Below are positions 25,406 through 37,586 of a stretch of 64,000 nt of DNA, in pieces. The stretch spans positions 87,670,001-87,734,000 of the forward strand of contig CM052816.1 in NCBI GenBank assembly GCA_028534125.1, read 5' to 3'. The DNA is from Lama glama (Eukaryota). A program made the translations under genes and the position numbers. The notes under the pieces were generated by a model, which saw only the letters and a program-made list of their open reading frames with translations, was not told the DNA's origin and did not search any database. Every line of letters begins with the position of its first letter. The first letter of the stretch is position 1.

Positions 25406-26358
25406 CTGTTTGTATGTATTTTTTTTTCCTCTCTTTGTTTATATAAACTTTTTTTCTCCAACTGGATTAAAAGAAACTTGAGGCAGTGAGAGTGTCTTAT
25501 ATTCTTTGTATCTCTCCTCCTACACTTAGAAAAATGACTTGATAAAGCAAAATTTTTGGCACAGAATAGTCTCAATCAATACTTAATTTTTTCCAAAGAC
25601 TCTTCTTTACAAAGCCTGGATTTCCTTTTCTACCTATAATAATTTATTTTTAAAAAGTATACCTTTGAAAAAAGAAAGAAAAGAGAAAGAATTGCAGTTG
25701 GAAATGAGAGACATGTAGGAGTGTCTTCTTATAAACCTTCTGAAAGTCACTAGATAATTTTTTAAGAAAGTTGAATGAAGTACCAGCTAAGCAAATGAAG
25801 CATTACATTGTCATAGAATGTCCATCACTGAAGGAACACTCTGGCCATATGGAAGAATTGATTGCTTTAGGTTGGACATTTTATGATGGACATATATCAA
25901 TTCATCATCTTCCAAGGTGAATGATATTTGTTAGAAAAATCTCTGACACAATCATATTTATTACCTTGGTAGAAATTTGATGATGATCTATAAGCTTAAC
26001 ATATGATAGGGAGGGAAAGAAAGAATATTCAGAGGAATGTATTTTAATACCTTGATAAGGAACACATTATATGATTCTCTCATGCTGACAAAATTAAACC
26101 ATAAAAATAATATGCTAAAATTTTGCCTAAACTGTGCTTCACTAAAAAAATCTTGAGGAATGTGGAAAACTATTCTTTGTTACAGATGATTTTATATAAA
26201 GGAGTCAGTTACATAAGGGATACATATGAAACAACTGGCTTGCTTTTAAGAATTTTTTCCTCTGGTTTTAGGTAGTTTTACTCCACATGAAGACACATAG
26301 AGAAGCATACTGCTTCTTGGGTTAAGTTGGAGACTTTTTTGACCATGAATCTAGACAA

Positions 26359-26839
26359 TAAGGAGCAAAACCCAATCAAAAAATGAGCAGAAGACCTGAA
26401 CAGGCATTTCTCCAATAATATATACAGATGTCCAATAGGCACCTGAAAAGATGGTCAATATCACTAATTATCAGAGAAATGCAAATCAAAACTACAATGA
26501 GGTATCATCTCACACCAGTCAGAATGGCCATCATTCAAAAGTCAACAAATGATAAATGCTGGAGAGATTGTGGAAAAAGGGGAACCCTCCTATACTGTTG
26601 GTGGGAATATAATTTGGTGCAGCCACTATGGAAAACAGCATGAAGTTTCCTTAAAAAACCAAAAATAGGTTTGCAGTATGATTTGGCAATCCCATTCCTG
26701 GGCATGTATCCTGAGAAAACTCCAATTCAAAAAGATACACGCACCCCAATGTTCATAGCAGCACTATTTACAATAGCCGAGACATGGAAGCAGGCTAAAT
26801 GTCCATCGACAGATGACTGGGTAAAGTTGTGGTATATAA
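26359..26839 (+). mobile_element. Young LINE-1 ORF2 C-terminal fragment, truncated at both ends
   Basis: ORFs 26428 and 26671 give [22 protein letters not shown]...[17 protein letters not shown] and PMFIAALFTIAETWKQAKCPS (L1 ORF2p). There is no 3' UTR or poly(A). Confidence 0.95.
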
Positions 26840-28479
26840 AGACAAGGGGGAGCTAGGAGAGCAAATGACCAGCTGACATGTCAATCATGCTATGAGGTAC
26901 TGTACAGACAAGGATTTTGTGGAGAACATCTCTCTTCTTGACATACACGAGGAAGTTCTCTGGAGTAGGAATCAGGGATCCACATTCTTTCAGAACTTGC
27001 TTTTCTCATCTGTAATATAAAAGCCTAGCAAGTAATCTGTAAGGTCTGCATTCTTAGTTAGTAGTCTATCTTTTTACCTTTCATGGAAACTCTTCTGAAG
27101 TAGCACTGTCCCAATAAACGTAGGTTTTATAGGTAATCACTGTCAATGAAACATGTATAGGAGGCATTGATTTTCACTTATTTTATTATTTCAATTATGG
27201 TAATTAGTGAATTTAAATAGGCTGAAAACAATATACCATGAGAGATACCAGGTGAAGTTACCTCCACTGCCATTATAAAATAACTTTCACTTTTATAATA
27301 ATGAATAACTACCAAAAATTAACTAACATATTTCATTTTTCTATCAATAAAAAATAAAGTGGAAGGAAATATGCTATAAGTGATCCCTGGCTGGAAAAAA
27401 GAGTTGCATTTCTTTTTAATTTTAACGACATTGCACGTCAGAACTTGCGCCTGTTTTGCAAATACTGAGAATCTATTTTGCAATGAAAATAAAAAGGATG
27501 TCAAGTATGTTCCATTACCTTCAGGGCTCATCTCTGCACCCATCTGGCCTGGCAAATGGACATTCACAATGGAACACTCTACAGCAGTCCAATAACCTTT
27601 GGAAACTATGATTTCAAAAAAAGTTTATGCACTTTTGCTAGATTTAGGCTTGTGCAGCTTGGGCAGTATCTCATATAATTAAATCAAACATGCATTTAAA
27701 ATATACTTTGTGAACATACTTAGTGAATTTAAAGTTACCTAGTGAAAGTGTCTATTGGAAAAGTACAACCTTTTTTTCCCCAAAAATATCTGATGTCATT
27801 AAAAATAACTTAGCAGCAAGATCATTTTGAAATACGTGTTTTTTCTTGAATCTAGTTTGTGCATGTGATCTACCAGTGCTAACAAACATATTAAAAAAAT
27901 ATGGTTGGCACAAAATTTGCTCAGGATTCAAAGTCCTGATATTAAAAAGGAAAAAAAAAAAACTTACCTAAATTGTTCAAATTAATGAGGTACTTCTTTT
28001 TTTTTTTCAAATTAAAGCTACAAATTTTATTTTCAACTATTTGAAAGGAAAGTCATAAAGGATTTAGAAATTTTTCTCAGTGTATTCAAGGAAAGTCACA
28101 GTATACTGAGAGTTTAATGGGCTTGTCTTTGGTTTTGTTTGGATTTTGCATGATGGGCACATTTTAATTCTCTTTTAATTATGTGGATGCTTGTAATTGC
28201 TATGATAAACCACAAAAATAAAAAATTCAAAGCAAGCAAATGCACACTCTCCTTTCAAGTATCAATCTAAGACCTATTTTAATGAATTATTACAATATTT
28301 ATAGAAATGTGACTTTCAGTTTCTTATGTGAGACATGTCACTATCCATTTTCCAAAAAAAGATAGCTACTTAGATGTTGTTTTAAGGGTTTAAAATTAGC
28401 CCTGTAGACCTTTAGGTAAAACCAGGAAGTCTCTACTCAGAGTATCAGTTCAGTCTCAAATTGGTGGACTGTCTTACCC

Positions 28480-28765
28480 TGCTTAAGATAAATGTCCTTT
28501 CCTGCGAGGCCATTTCTACCAAGACTTCACTGTGAACATTCTTTCTCGATGCACTGGGTCCCTCTATGCATTGGGCTGACTTGTATGTTACACATTTTCT
28601 GTCTTCCTTTCTTTAATGTCTGCCTTTTCCACTGAACTCTTAGCTCCATTTGCTCAGAGACCATATGCCTTTTATTTACTATTTTATTTGAAGTGATTAG
28701 CATAGTGCGGGGCATTTAGTGGCAAATTAGTAAATTTGCGTGTTTGGATTAAAGCATGTTGAATA
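28480..28765 (+). mobile_element. L2 3' end
   Basis: TTCCACTGAACTCTTAGCTCC...AGAGACCATATG...TAGCATAGTGCGGGGCATTTAGTGG. Confidence 0.65.
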
Positions 28766-31700
28766 AACATTTCTATAGTCTATCAGGGACTGTTCCAGAA
28801 ATTAAGAATAGCTAGTTTAAAGAAAACATATTTCTTTTTGTTGTATAATAGAAGATATATGTATACAGGAAAACTGAGGCAAAGAAAGCTTACATTTTGA
28901 AAAGTGTTAAATAAAGTCATTTCTCTACTAAAAATTGGCAGAGGTGGTGAAGAAAGATGGCAAATCAGTCGTTAAAACATTAGGGCAAAATAAATCATAA
29001 GGCAAGTTACAAAGATTATGTTTAAAACTTATTTTATTATCTTCAGAAGTTGCACCCAAACAAGAAAAAATTTCACTGTAAACCTCCTCCTTGGGAATAC
29101 CAGGGCACACACTCTTCTGTAGCCTCTGATGTTTGATATATGAATCTTCTGTGTCAAGTTGTTTTCCTTTCCCATGTATACATTTAATGGCCTCTAAATC
29201 ACTCAATGGATAATAAGAACCTAAAAAACAAACATGCTAGAACACTTTGAAATATTAATATAGTTAATTGAATTTATAGGATCATTCTCTGTGATAAAGA
29301 ACCAACAGAAAGCCTTTTCCTCCATTTCCAGTCTTCAATTACACTGGGGAAAGATCTTTCAAAATTATCTAAATGATTGTATCTGTCCCTTAGCAGTTTT
29401 AGGAAACAGAAAAGAAAGGTAACACTCTGGTGAGAATTTATGATATACAGGATTTAATTATGTTGGTAAATGGATGCACTTTGTGAATTTAAGTTCATAA
29501 TGAACAACAGATGGGGTTTCCTCTTCCCCATAAATTCAGTTCTGCTAGTAATTAGACATTTAAGGCAGAACAAGTCTTTTAGGCTCACAGGGTATAAGTC
29601 AATGCACCATTATAATATACTTGCTCTTGATATTATTTATTTGAATACTTTGTAGCTAAACTTGACCTTCTCTATTTGGACGTGCACTTCTCTTTTCAGA
29701 TATTGTTAATATATTTAGCTGCTAATGATTGTTTGCTAGATTGTTTTAGACTGCTTGGCAAAATCGACTGATTGAAAACCATTTCTCAACTTGAATAAAA
29801 TTCAGATACCAAAGAGCATTTTATTTTCAAAAGGCAATTTTCAAATAAAATTTGATTTCACACTGTATTCCTCCCTCATCAGGAACATATTAAAAAGACA
29901 TAGTGAATCTCTTACGGTCTCATGGAGCAGAGTAAGTCAAATCCACAACTTGGATTGAAAGTTTCTTTTCAAGTTTAAAGTGATGTGGTCTTATTTAGAA
30001 AATGCCAGGAGACACAACTGATAATGGAAAGGTTAACTTGTTTTTACCATCCTGGGAGAGCAACAATTTCTCACCGGAGTGGGTTTGTGGGTATGACTCA
30101 GGATGTGAAACTTGTTTATTGTCTTTGTAGCACCATTTATTGTAACCAGCACACATGAGAGTGAAGTCCCAAGACTCTCGTTGCTCATAAAGTTTTGGTT
30201 GTGTGTTGTTTTGTTGTTGTCATTTTGCTTTTTTAGCCATGAGGATGGTCCAGTAGTGTTATAACTGCCTAGGAGTGGTGTGTTTGTGTATGTGTGTGGT
30301 GTGTATATGCATCCATTTGTTTGTGTGTGTGTGTGAAAGAGTTGAGATTGGCTCATAAAACTTAATGATTCTCCAGGTGCAAGAAGGGAGACTTTATCCT
30401 GGGCCTCAGGACAGATGTTTGATAAAACGCCTCAGTCAGTTTAGAGATGGTGCCTTCTCTACCGTGTAGCTACCACCTTCCCAAATTATAAAAATAGATG
30501 AACAATGTTTGATTGGGACTCTTTAGCTTGGAAAACACTTGAAGTCAGAGATGATATCATACACTATAAAATTCCCTATAAACAGTGCACCTTATATAAA
30601 GTATTAGATACACACTGTATACAGTTTTAATATGCAAATTTGAAGATATACCTATAAATTAAATTTGGAAAATACTTAACTTCAATATATTAATGACATT
30701 TTTTGTGGTATCTTATACAATTAAATATATTGCATATACACATGGGGACTGAAATATTGTCTGTGCTCAATTTAATTTCATCATTTGCAGTAACACTAAC
30801 TGTGGTAGGACATGGGAAAGGCAGCAGGAGGAGTGGAGAAGGTGGACAGGACTGAAAAATGTCACAGGTACCACTGATGGTGTTACTTATTGCATTGGGA
30901 TGCAGAAGAGGAGATTGAGTACAAAATGTGTGACGCACATAAGTTTCATAAGACATTAATTTTATATTCAATTTAGATTAATCATTTCTTGAAATCAATT
31001 TAATTGCACTATGAAATGCACCATTTACTGAATAGTAAACCATCCTGCTAACTTAATTCTTAACTCAAATTGTCTTAAAGACACTAAAATCAGGTAGTTT
31101 GTTTAATACAAATTCACTGTAAAATTCTGATATGCATATATTATTAATCCATTTATTTAAGTAGAGCATTATATGGAAATTCTCATTGTAGATAATGAGA
31201 AATAATCAGAATTTTCAAAAGGCTAAGTAGACAGCTGATAGACCACTAAATGCGTAGTGAATCTGCCTCATTTAACCTCAGATATTTACAAAGATAGATA
31301 AATAGAATAGTTATATTAAGAGAGGCATAATTATAAAAAAAATAAGTGAAAGCTTACATTTTTTCATGAAATGTTTAGCTAAGGATCTAACATTTGGATG
31401 GAAAAATATTTCCATATTACTATTTATTAGTATATTGATGGTTCAGAGGGAAAAAATAATCTCTAGGAAATTCTGTGATTTATGAAATGTTATTTTTACA
31501 AGACCAAATAAATTATATAAATTCTAGTATTTAAAAGTGATCTGAAATTTACATTTAAAGTATCTTATTGCTTGGCAAATATTTCAGTTCCTGGATATTT
31601 TTTCCAACGACAATATATGTCTTTAAAGATTAAAATGCAATTTCTTAGTTTTGAAATAAAGGGATTTGGAAAAAGCTGAATGAAAAAGTTTAGGAAAAAG

Positions 31701-32027
31701 ATCACTAGATTTTTTTCCATTTTACAATATTTATGGTTTTCTTTGTGAAACAAAATGGATTGAACTTCGCCTACATATCAGTTTGAATCATAGTGAGTCT
31801 AATATCAAATAGAAACTGCATTTTCATTGCTAAATGCAATATTATTGTGTATTCTTTCTACTGGAAATATATTTATATTAATGTGGTCAGTATTTTTTTA
31901 TTTCCACTCATCCTGTTGAATACTTTTATAATATTATGTTACACTTTTCACTTAAAAGTGGAAATCATAGATTTGCATAGATTGTATTAAACAGTTTCCT
32001 AATGGCTTAATTATTTTTTCCTGTACT

Positions 32028-32345
32028 TGTTACAGAAATGGCAGGCAAGCCAAGAAACAAATGCCACTTGGAGGGTTGGAGTGCTCAGGTTTATTATGCT
32101 GGCAGACTCAGAGGGGCTATTGCTCCTGAATTCTGAGCGCCTCCAGAAAGTGTAATTGCAGTTTTATAGGGTCGCTTACAAGTTCGGGGTCCATCAACCA
32201 ATAGGGTGAGTACAGCTAGGCAGTATCATAAAAGCAGAAGCAAAAGGTCACTTGCAGTAACCCAAAACTGGTCTAGCAAGGTGAGACTTAAAATTCATGA
32301 GTTAGCCCAGCCCAGTCTTGGCCCAGCCCAACCTTTTTCTTCTCA
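32028..32345 (-). mobile_element. 318-bp solo LTR, ERV1 class, family unassigned
   Basis: TG...CA termini and a 4-bp TSD TACT at 32024-32027 and 32346-32349. The minus strand carries ATTGG, CTATAAAA and AATAAA in LTR order. Confidence 0.85.
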
Positions 32346-33272
32346 TACTGGATGGTAAAAATTAAAATGTATGCTGCTCCATTTGTAAAGTAAATTTAAA
32401 ACAATTTTCTGAAGAAAATTCAAATAACAGAATAAGGATGAAAGTTTGAAGTCATGCTAAGTCATACTGTCCAGTTGATACGCTGATGAACATTTCAGGT
32501 GTATCCATCTGGACAATATGACTTAGATTCAGGCAGAAGAGTCACCTACCCTATTCTGGATGTTTGCTGGCTTCACCTTTCACCAAGAGGAGTTAAGTTC
32601 CAGCATTCAAGTTAAAGTCCCTAATAGGTACCCAAACACCCTGTGACCAACCAATCAGAGACAGTTTCCAGAGCCTCCTGATGGTAGAGATGGGACTCCA
32701 TCTACCTAACCTGGACTTCCAGACTGTGATAAAAGTTTATTTTCGAGGTAGGAGAATAGAACAGATTAAGTAATTTCTTAGCTTGATTCATTGGCATTCA
32801 CTATTGAGACATATGCTGTGTGCTTCTCCATTTATATTCTTGCCTGAGCTCTGCAAACGTCAGAGTTGATCCTGCTTCAGAGGCATTTTTCCATGATAGT
32901 TTGTATATACAACACAAAAGTCAAAAATACTTTCTCTATGTTATATATTCAAATACAGATCTATGTATTATATATAAACACTGATAAACTGATTTTTTAC
33001 ACATGATCTTAGTTTTATTATACCGTGTAAGCTTTCTTGTCAATTCAGCCATGTTTCTCCACTTATTTACATGGCCACAGTTGAAGTAATCAATGTGCAT
33101 CACTGTGACTCTACCAAATTAATTGTCTTCCCAACATCCTCCTTTGCTATCAGTTTACTATCATGTTTACAATCCCCTGTGACATTTCTCGTGGTTTATT
33201 TTCTAACATCACCCATATGATCACTCGGTTGTGAATCTTCTACAAAACTCATTAGGATTTACCTTTTTATTC

Positions 33273-33386
33273 ATTTTATTTTTGATTTTTTAAAAACTTT
33301 TATTGAAGTATAGTCAATTACAATGTGTCAATTTCTGGTACACAGCATAATGGCCCAGTGATGCACATATATACATATATTCATAA
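33273..33386 (-). mobile_element. Very short young LINE-1 3' tip
   Basis: TTTTATTGAAGTATAGTCAATTACAATGTGTCAATTTCTGGTACACAGCATAA. Flanking direct repeat CTTTTTATTC at 33263-33272 and 33387-33396. Confidence 0.8.
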
Positions 33387-33769
33387 CTTTTTATTCTTTA
33401 TCATGCCTTCCTGATGAGAATTATTTGCCTCAGTCTAATTTCTGCAAAATTCTTGGTTGATTCTCTTGACATCACACCTCTCCTTCACCAGTGTATCTGG
33501 CCTGGTTTTATGCCACAGTGAGTTAAAAATAGAGCTCTCACCACTTCACTTGGGATCTTGCTGCAGTCAGTGTTCTCCCTCTCTCACTACACTGCAGCCC
33601 CTCTACCCTTCAACCAGGCCAGGTCATCCATTTTTCAGGAAACATATATGAATGAAAGCAATCTTCTTCAGCATCATGCTATAGTTGTGACTACTCATTA
33701 TTAAGTCTTTCAACAACCCAACTGTGTGGCTATATTTTATATTATCTGAGAAGCTCTGAATTATATAAT

Positions 33770-33870
33770 TCTAGTGCTTCACTATTTAGTAACTGTGCTA
33801 CTTTGGGTCAGTTATTCCAATGCAGTGTGTCTCAAGGCATGATTTTTCCTTTTCTTCAAATGTATAGACT
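33770..33870 (+). mobile_element. MIR fragment
   Basis: CACTATTTAGTAACTGTGCTACTTTGGGTCAGTTATT...GTGTCTCA. Confidence 0.45.
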
Positions 33871-35087
33871 TTTGTCATGTACTCTGATTAAATACAGATT
33901 TCCTGGGATAGTGCAGGGCTATTAAGAAAAGGAGATAGACACAGGCTGATAATGAGATAAGAGAAACCTGAGTTCCAATTTACACAACATTTACACGAAT
34001 TTACATTGCAGTAGCCTTATCATTCATAACTTTAGAAATTGACAAAAATAAAGTCCACACATGTATACTAATTCAGGGAGGTCTGTGGTATATATAATCA
34101 CATAAGTTGGGGGCATTAATTCCTTTCTAAAGCTAAGGGAATTCTTACTAGAATCAATATTTTCATTCAGTTTTTTTTTGCAATTGATATGAGGTAAAAC
34201 TTTTTACACCCTTCTCTGCCCAACTTTAATAACATTACTTCTGCATCATCACTCATCAAGGTTTCTATCCATGTGCTTCCAAATGGATACTTTCCAAAAT
34301 GAAAAAAAGATTCAATTTGGATGAACACACCGTACATTTTTATTCACTCAATAAATATGTATTTAGTGCTTACCATAAAAAGTTTAAAATGTCGGGAGAC
34401 AGCAGTGAAAAAGAAAGTCAAGATCCTTTTATAAATTAACTTACATTGTAGTAGGAAGCAGCAGGCACATGACATGCAATAAATGTATGTTAATAGATAC
34501 TAAGTGCTACGATGAGTAGAAGTCAGAATAAGAACATAAAGAGTGATGGATCAGGATATAGATCTATTTATACAAAGATCTGGGAAGGCTTCTTGAATAA
34601 TTTGATATGTGAGCAGAGATGTGATTTAAATGAGGAAATGAGTCATATCCAAAATTAAGGGACAGTATTTGGAAGAGGGACTATCCAGTGCAAAGGCACA
34701 GATGTGGGAGAGCACTTGCAGGGTTCAGAGCTCCTCAGTCATTCCAGCTGGAGGACGGTCAGAAAAGGAGGAAAGATGCAGGAGTAGTTGTGGAGAGAGG
34801 AGAGTCCCAGTGACAGATCAGGTAAGGCCTCCAAGGTCGTGGTGAGGAACTTGGGTTTCGTTAAAAGATCCATCTGAAATGTGATGTCATTGGAAGGCAC
34901 TGAACAAGGGAGGAATGTTCATGTAACTTGCACTTGAAAAGGATCGTGCCTGTTTCTGAATGAAGAATACAACATAAGAAGGCAAGTGTGAAACAGGAAG
35001 ACTTGATAAGAGGACAGTGTACTAGGGCTGAAGATATTATAAGCATAGGTCATATTGCTGAGTGTGGTAAAATCTTGGATCTGTTTT

Positions 35088-35167
35088 TTTTTTTCAAGGT
35101 CAGATTAATTTTGATTAAAGGCTAAAACGGGTAAATATGAAGCTTCTTTTAAAAACCTATAAGTATA
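35088..35167 (-). mobile_element. 80-bp retroposed sequence of unknown origin
   Basis: Perfect 14-bp TSD CTTGGATCTGTTTT at 35074-35087 and 35168-35181, with an oligo-T (antisense poly(A)) at the left end. Confidence 0.8.
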
Positions 35168-35351
35168 CTTGGATCTGTTTTGAAGATAAAAATCACAATG
35201 GCTTTATAGAATGGATGTTGGAATAAAACAAAGTGTCAAGGATAGCTCACAATTTAATGTAATTTGTTGAGATGGGAAACGTGGAAGGCAGAAATGATAG
35301 TTTGGGGAGCAAACCAAGGGTTAAGCTTTGGAAATCCTAAGATGTAAGTTT

Positions 35352-35790
35352 TTTTTTCATGCTTTAGCTTCTTTATTAGATTTTTTTAAATTTCTGCATA
35401 GATGTCTTTTTTTAAATTCTAATATGCTGATAATTTTGATATACATTATAAATGGCATAACTCTAATATATTTTCTAGATGTTTATTTTGGCATAATTTC
35501 TTTTATTTTTATAGAAAGATCTTACATATAAATATAAACTCTCTTCTTATAAACTTCTCTCTTTCTCTAAACTGCCAAACTCTCTTCTTTTTAAGTTTTT
35601 AAATTTTTCATATAGTTTAAAAGCTTACTTTCCATTTACAGTTATTATAAAATATTGAGTATATTTGTCATGTTGTACAAAACATCCTTGAACCAACTAA
35701 CACTCAATAGTAGGTACCACTTCTCCCCCACTCCTATAATATTGCCTCTTCCTTCTTCCATACTGGTAACCACTAGTTTATTCTCTACAG
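35352..35790 (-). mobile_element. Truncated LINE-1 3' end (~35590-35790) plus ~230-bp putative 3' transduction
   Basis: L1 3' UTR TTACTTTCCATTTACAGTTATT...CTGGTAACCACTAGTTT. The TSD matches 12/14 (35338-35351, 35791-35804). Minus-strand AATAAA at 35372-35377 precedes an A9 tail. Confidence 0.72.
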
Positions 35791-36038
35791 TAAGCTGTAA
35801 ATTTATTTAGTAATCCAAGTGGTCATGTCTAGTAGCCAGTTGGATATTTATGTCTGAATTTAGGGAAACTATTCAGGTTAGAAACTGAAAAATGAAAAGT
35901 AAAAGAACATGGATAGTGTTGAAATTCACAGTATTGGATTAAATCACCTAGGAGGTAAATATTAATATTGAGATGAGAAAGGGCCTGAAGACAAATTTCA
36001 GGGCATTTTAAAATTCAGAACTTGGTAAAAGTGGGATT

Positions 36039-36481
36039 TGACAAATACCCTGCCCTTCACCAAATTTTAGTACGGCTCCTGTCCTGTCTTTCTTGTCTTT
36101 GTTCTGTCCAGCCCAGTCTTAGCAAGAATCCTGCTAAGTCAACCTAGTGGGAATAAACCATCCTTGATATCTGATCACTGTTGGTACCTAATCAAATTTT
36201 CATTGCCTCACCTTTCTATGTATAAGTTTTTGACCTCCCTTCAGCAAGAGTCCTGTTAAATCAGTTTTTCAAGAATCACTCTAACCTTGATGTCTCCTCT
36301 TAGTAATCTTCCACCCACTGATGCCCCCACTCAACTCTTTGGCTCCGAATCCCCAGCTGTCTTGGCTGTATTCAAAGTTGAGCACCATCTCTTGCTTCTG
36401 TTGCAATAACTCTATTGAAATAGGCATCTATAAAATTTTCCTATCATTTTAACAAGGGTCAGAATAATTTTTTCTTTAACA
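36039..36481 (+). mobile_element. ERV1 solo LTR, MER31-like
   Basis: TGACAAA...ACCAAATTTTAGT, TAGCAAGAATCCTGCTAAGTCA, GATATCTGATCA and the end TCAGAATAATTTTTTCTTTAACA. 4-bp TSD GATT at 36035-36038 and 36482-36485. Confidence 0.9.
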
Positions 36482-37499
36482 GATTCAGCAAGACAACCTA
36501 AGATGAAACAATCCACAAAGTTAAAGAAAAACTCAGAGAGAGTGAGGCTCTGGAGAGTGATATTCTAGAAACAATAGAAATAAAACACTTCAGAAAATAA
36601 GATGTGATTGATTTATGCCCTATGATGCTACTAGAGCAAGGTGATGGCTGAGACCTATTGGGACGTGAAGTCATTGGTGACCTGAAGGAATGAGGATAAA
36701 ATCTTATTTGGAAGTTGTTCCAGAGAAAATGACAAAAGATGAATTGGAGACAGAAGATATAGATTTGTTTTTTCATAGGAGTTGTATCAAATATTGGAGT
36801 GGATATAGCCTTGTATGTGGAGAGTAATTGGGGATAAAAAAGTATTTTGGTGGCTTTGAGATAGTATATAGTGTTACAGAATACTTTTATATCTCTGATA
36901 GTAATTCAGTAGGAACATGAGAAAATAATGATAACAGAAATATGGAGGATTGTTGTAAGGGTAGAATGTTTGAGTAGGAGAGAGGTTATGAGATTCGTGC
37001 ACAAGGGATAGGTAGGCGTTGAACTTAGAGAAGAGCAAGTTTTCCCATTTTAATGAAAACAAGACAGAGCAATGCATATACATATATTCATGCAGGGAGT
37101 TTGTAGACTGGGTGTTGGGAGAACGGGTGCAATTTTTCTTCTGAATGCTTCCTATTTTCCAGAAAACGTCATCAGCTGAGAAGAATAGATTAGAATTTTG
37201 ACAGGTGTGAAGGTGTAGACTTATCTCCTTTGTGAGAGAGAGAAGGAATTGATTAGGGAAATCTAGTTGGATTCCAGGTACCACTAATGGTCTACTTCTG
37301 CGAGATGCTTATGAATTTAAAATCAGAACAGTTACCATGATTATGTCTCTTTCTCCAATCAAATTTAGTGTTTCAGACATAGATGCAGGGATGTTGGATA
37401 AAACAAGAATTAGGGTTTTGCCAGTAAAATGTGATGAGGGAACAGAAAGTCAGGGGCTCAGAAACACCCTGTAGTTAATAGTTTAAATATGGAGATATC

Positions 37500-37581
<82 letters not shown>
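37500..37581. repeat. Compound (TG)n(TA)n microsatellite
   Basis: About 6 TG units followed by a long TA run with one interruption. Confidence 0.98.

Positions 37582-37586
<5 letters not shown>

Larger units (their letters stand above)
34335..37460 (-). mobile_element. Long L2 LINE interrupted by three younger insertions
   Basis: Antisense tail TTATTCACTCAATAAATATGTATTTAGTGCTTAC. Collinear L2 motifs (GTGCAAAGGC, GGTGAGGAACTTGGG, TCCAAGTGGTCATGTC, ATCACCTAGG, GTCATTGGTGACCT) resume after each insertion. Confidence 0.8.

Noticed and set aside
26428..26856. ORFs with real protein similarity (also 13864-14079)
   Set aside because: These are broken LINE-1 ORF2p C-terminal fragments, not host genes.
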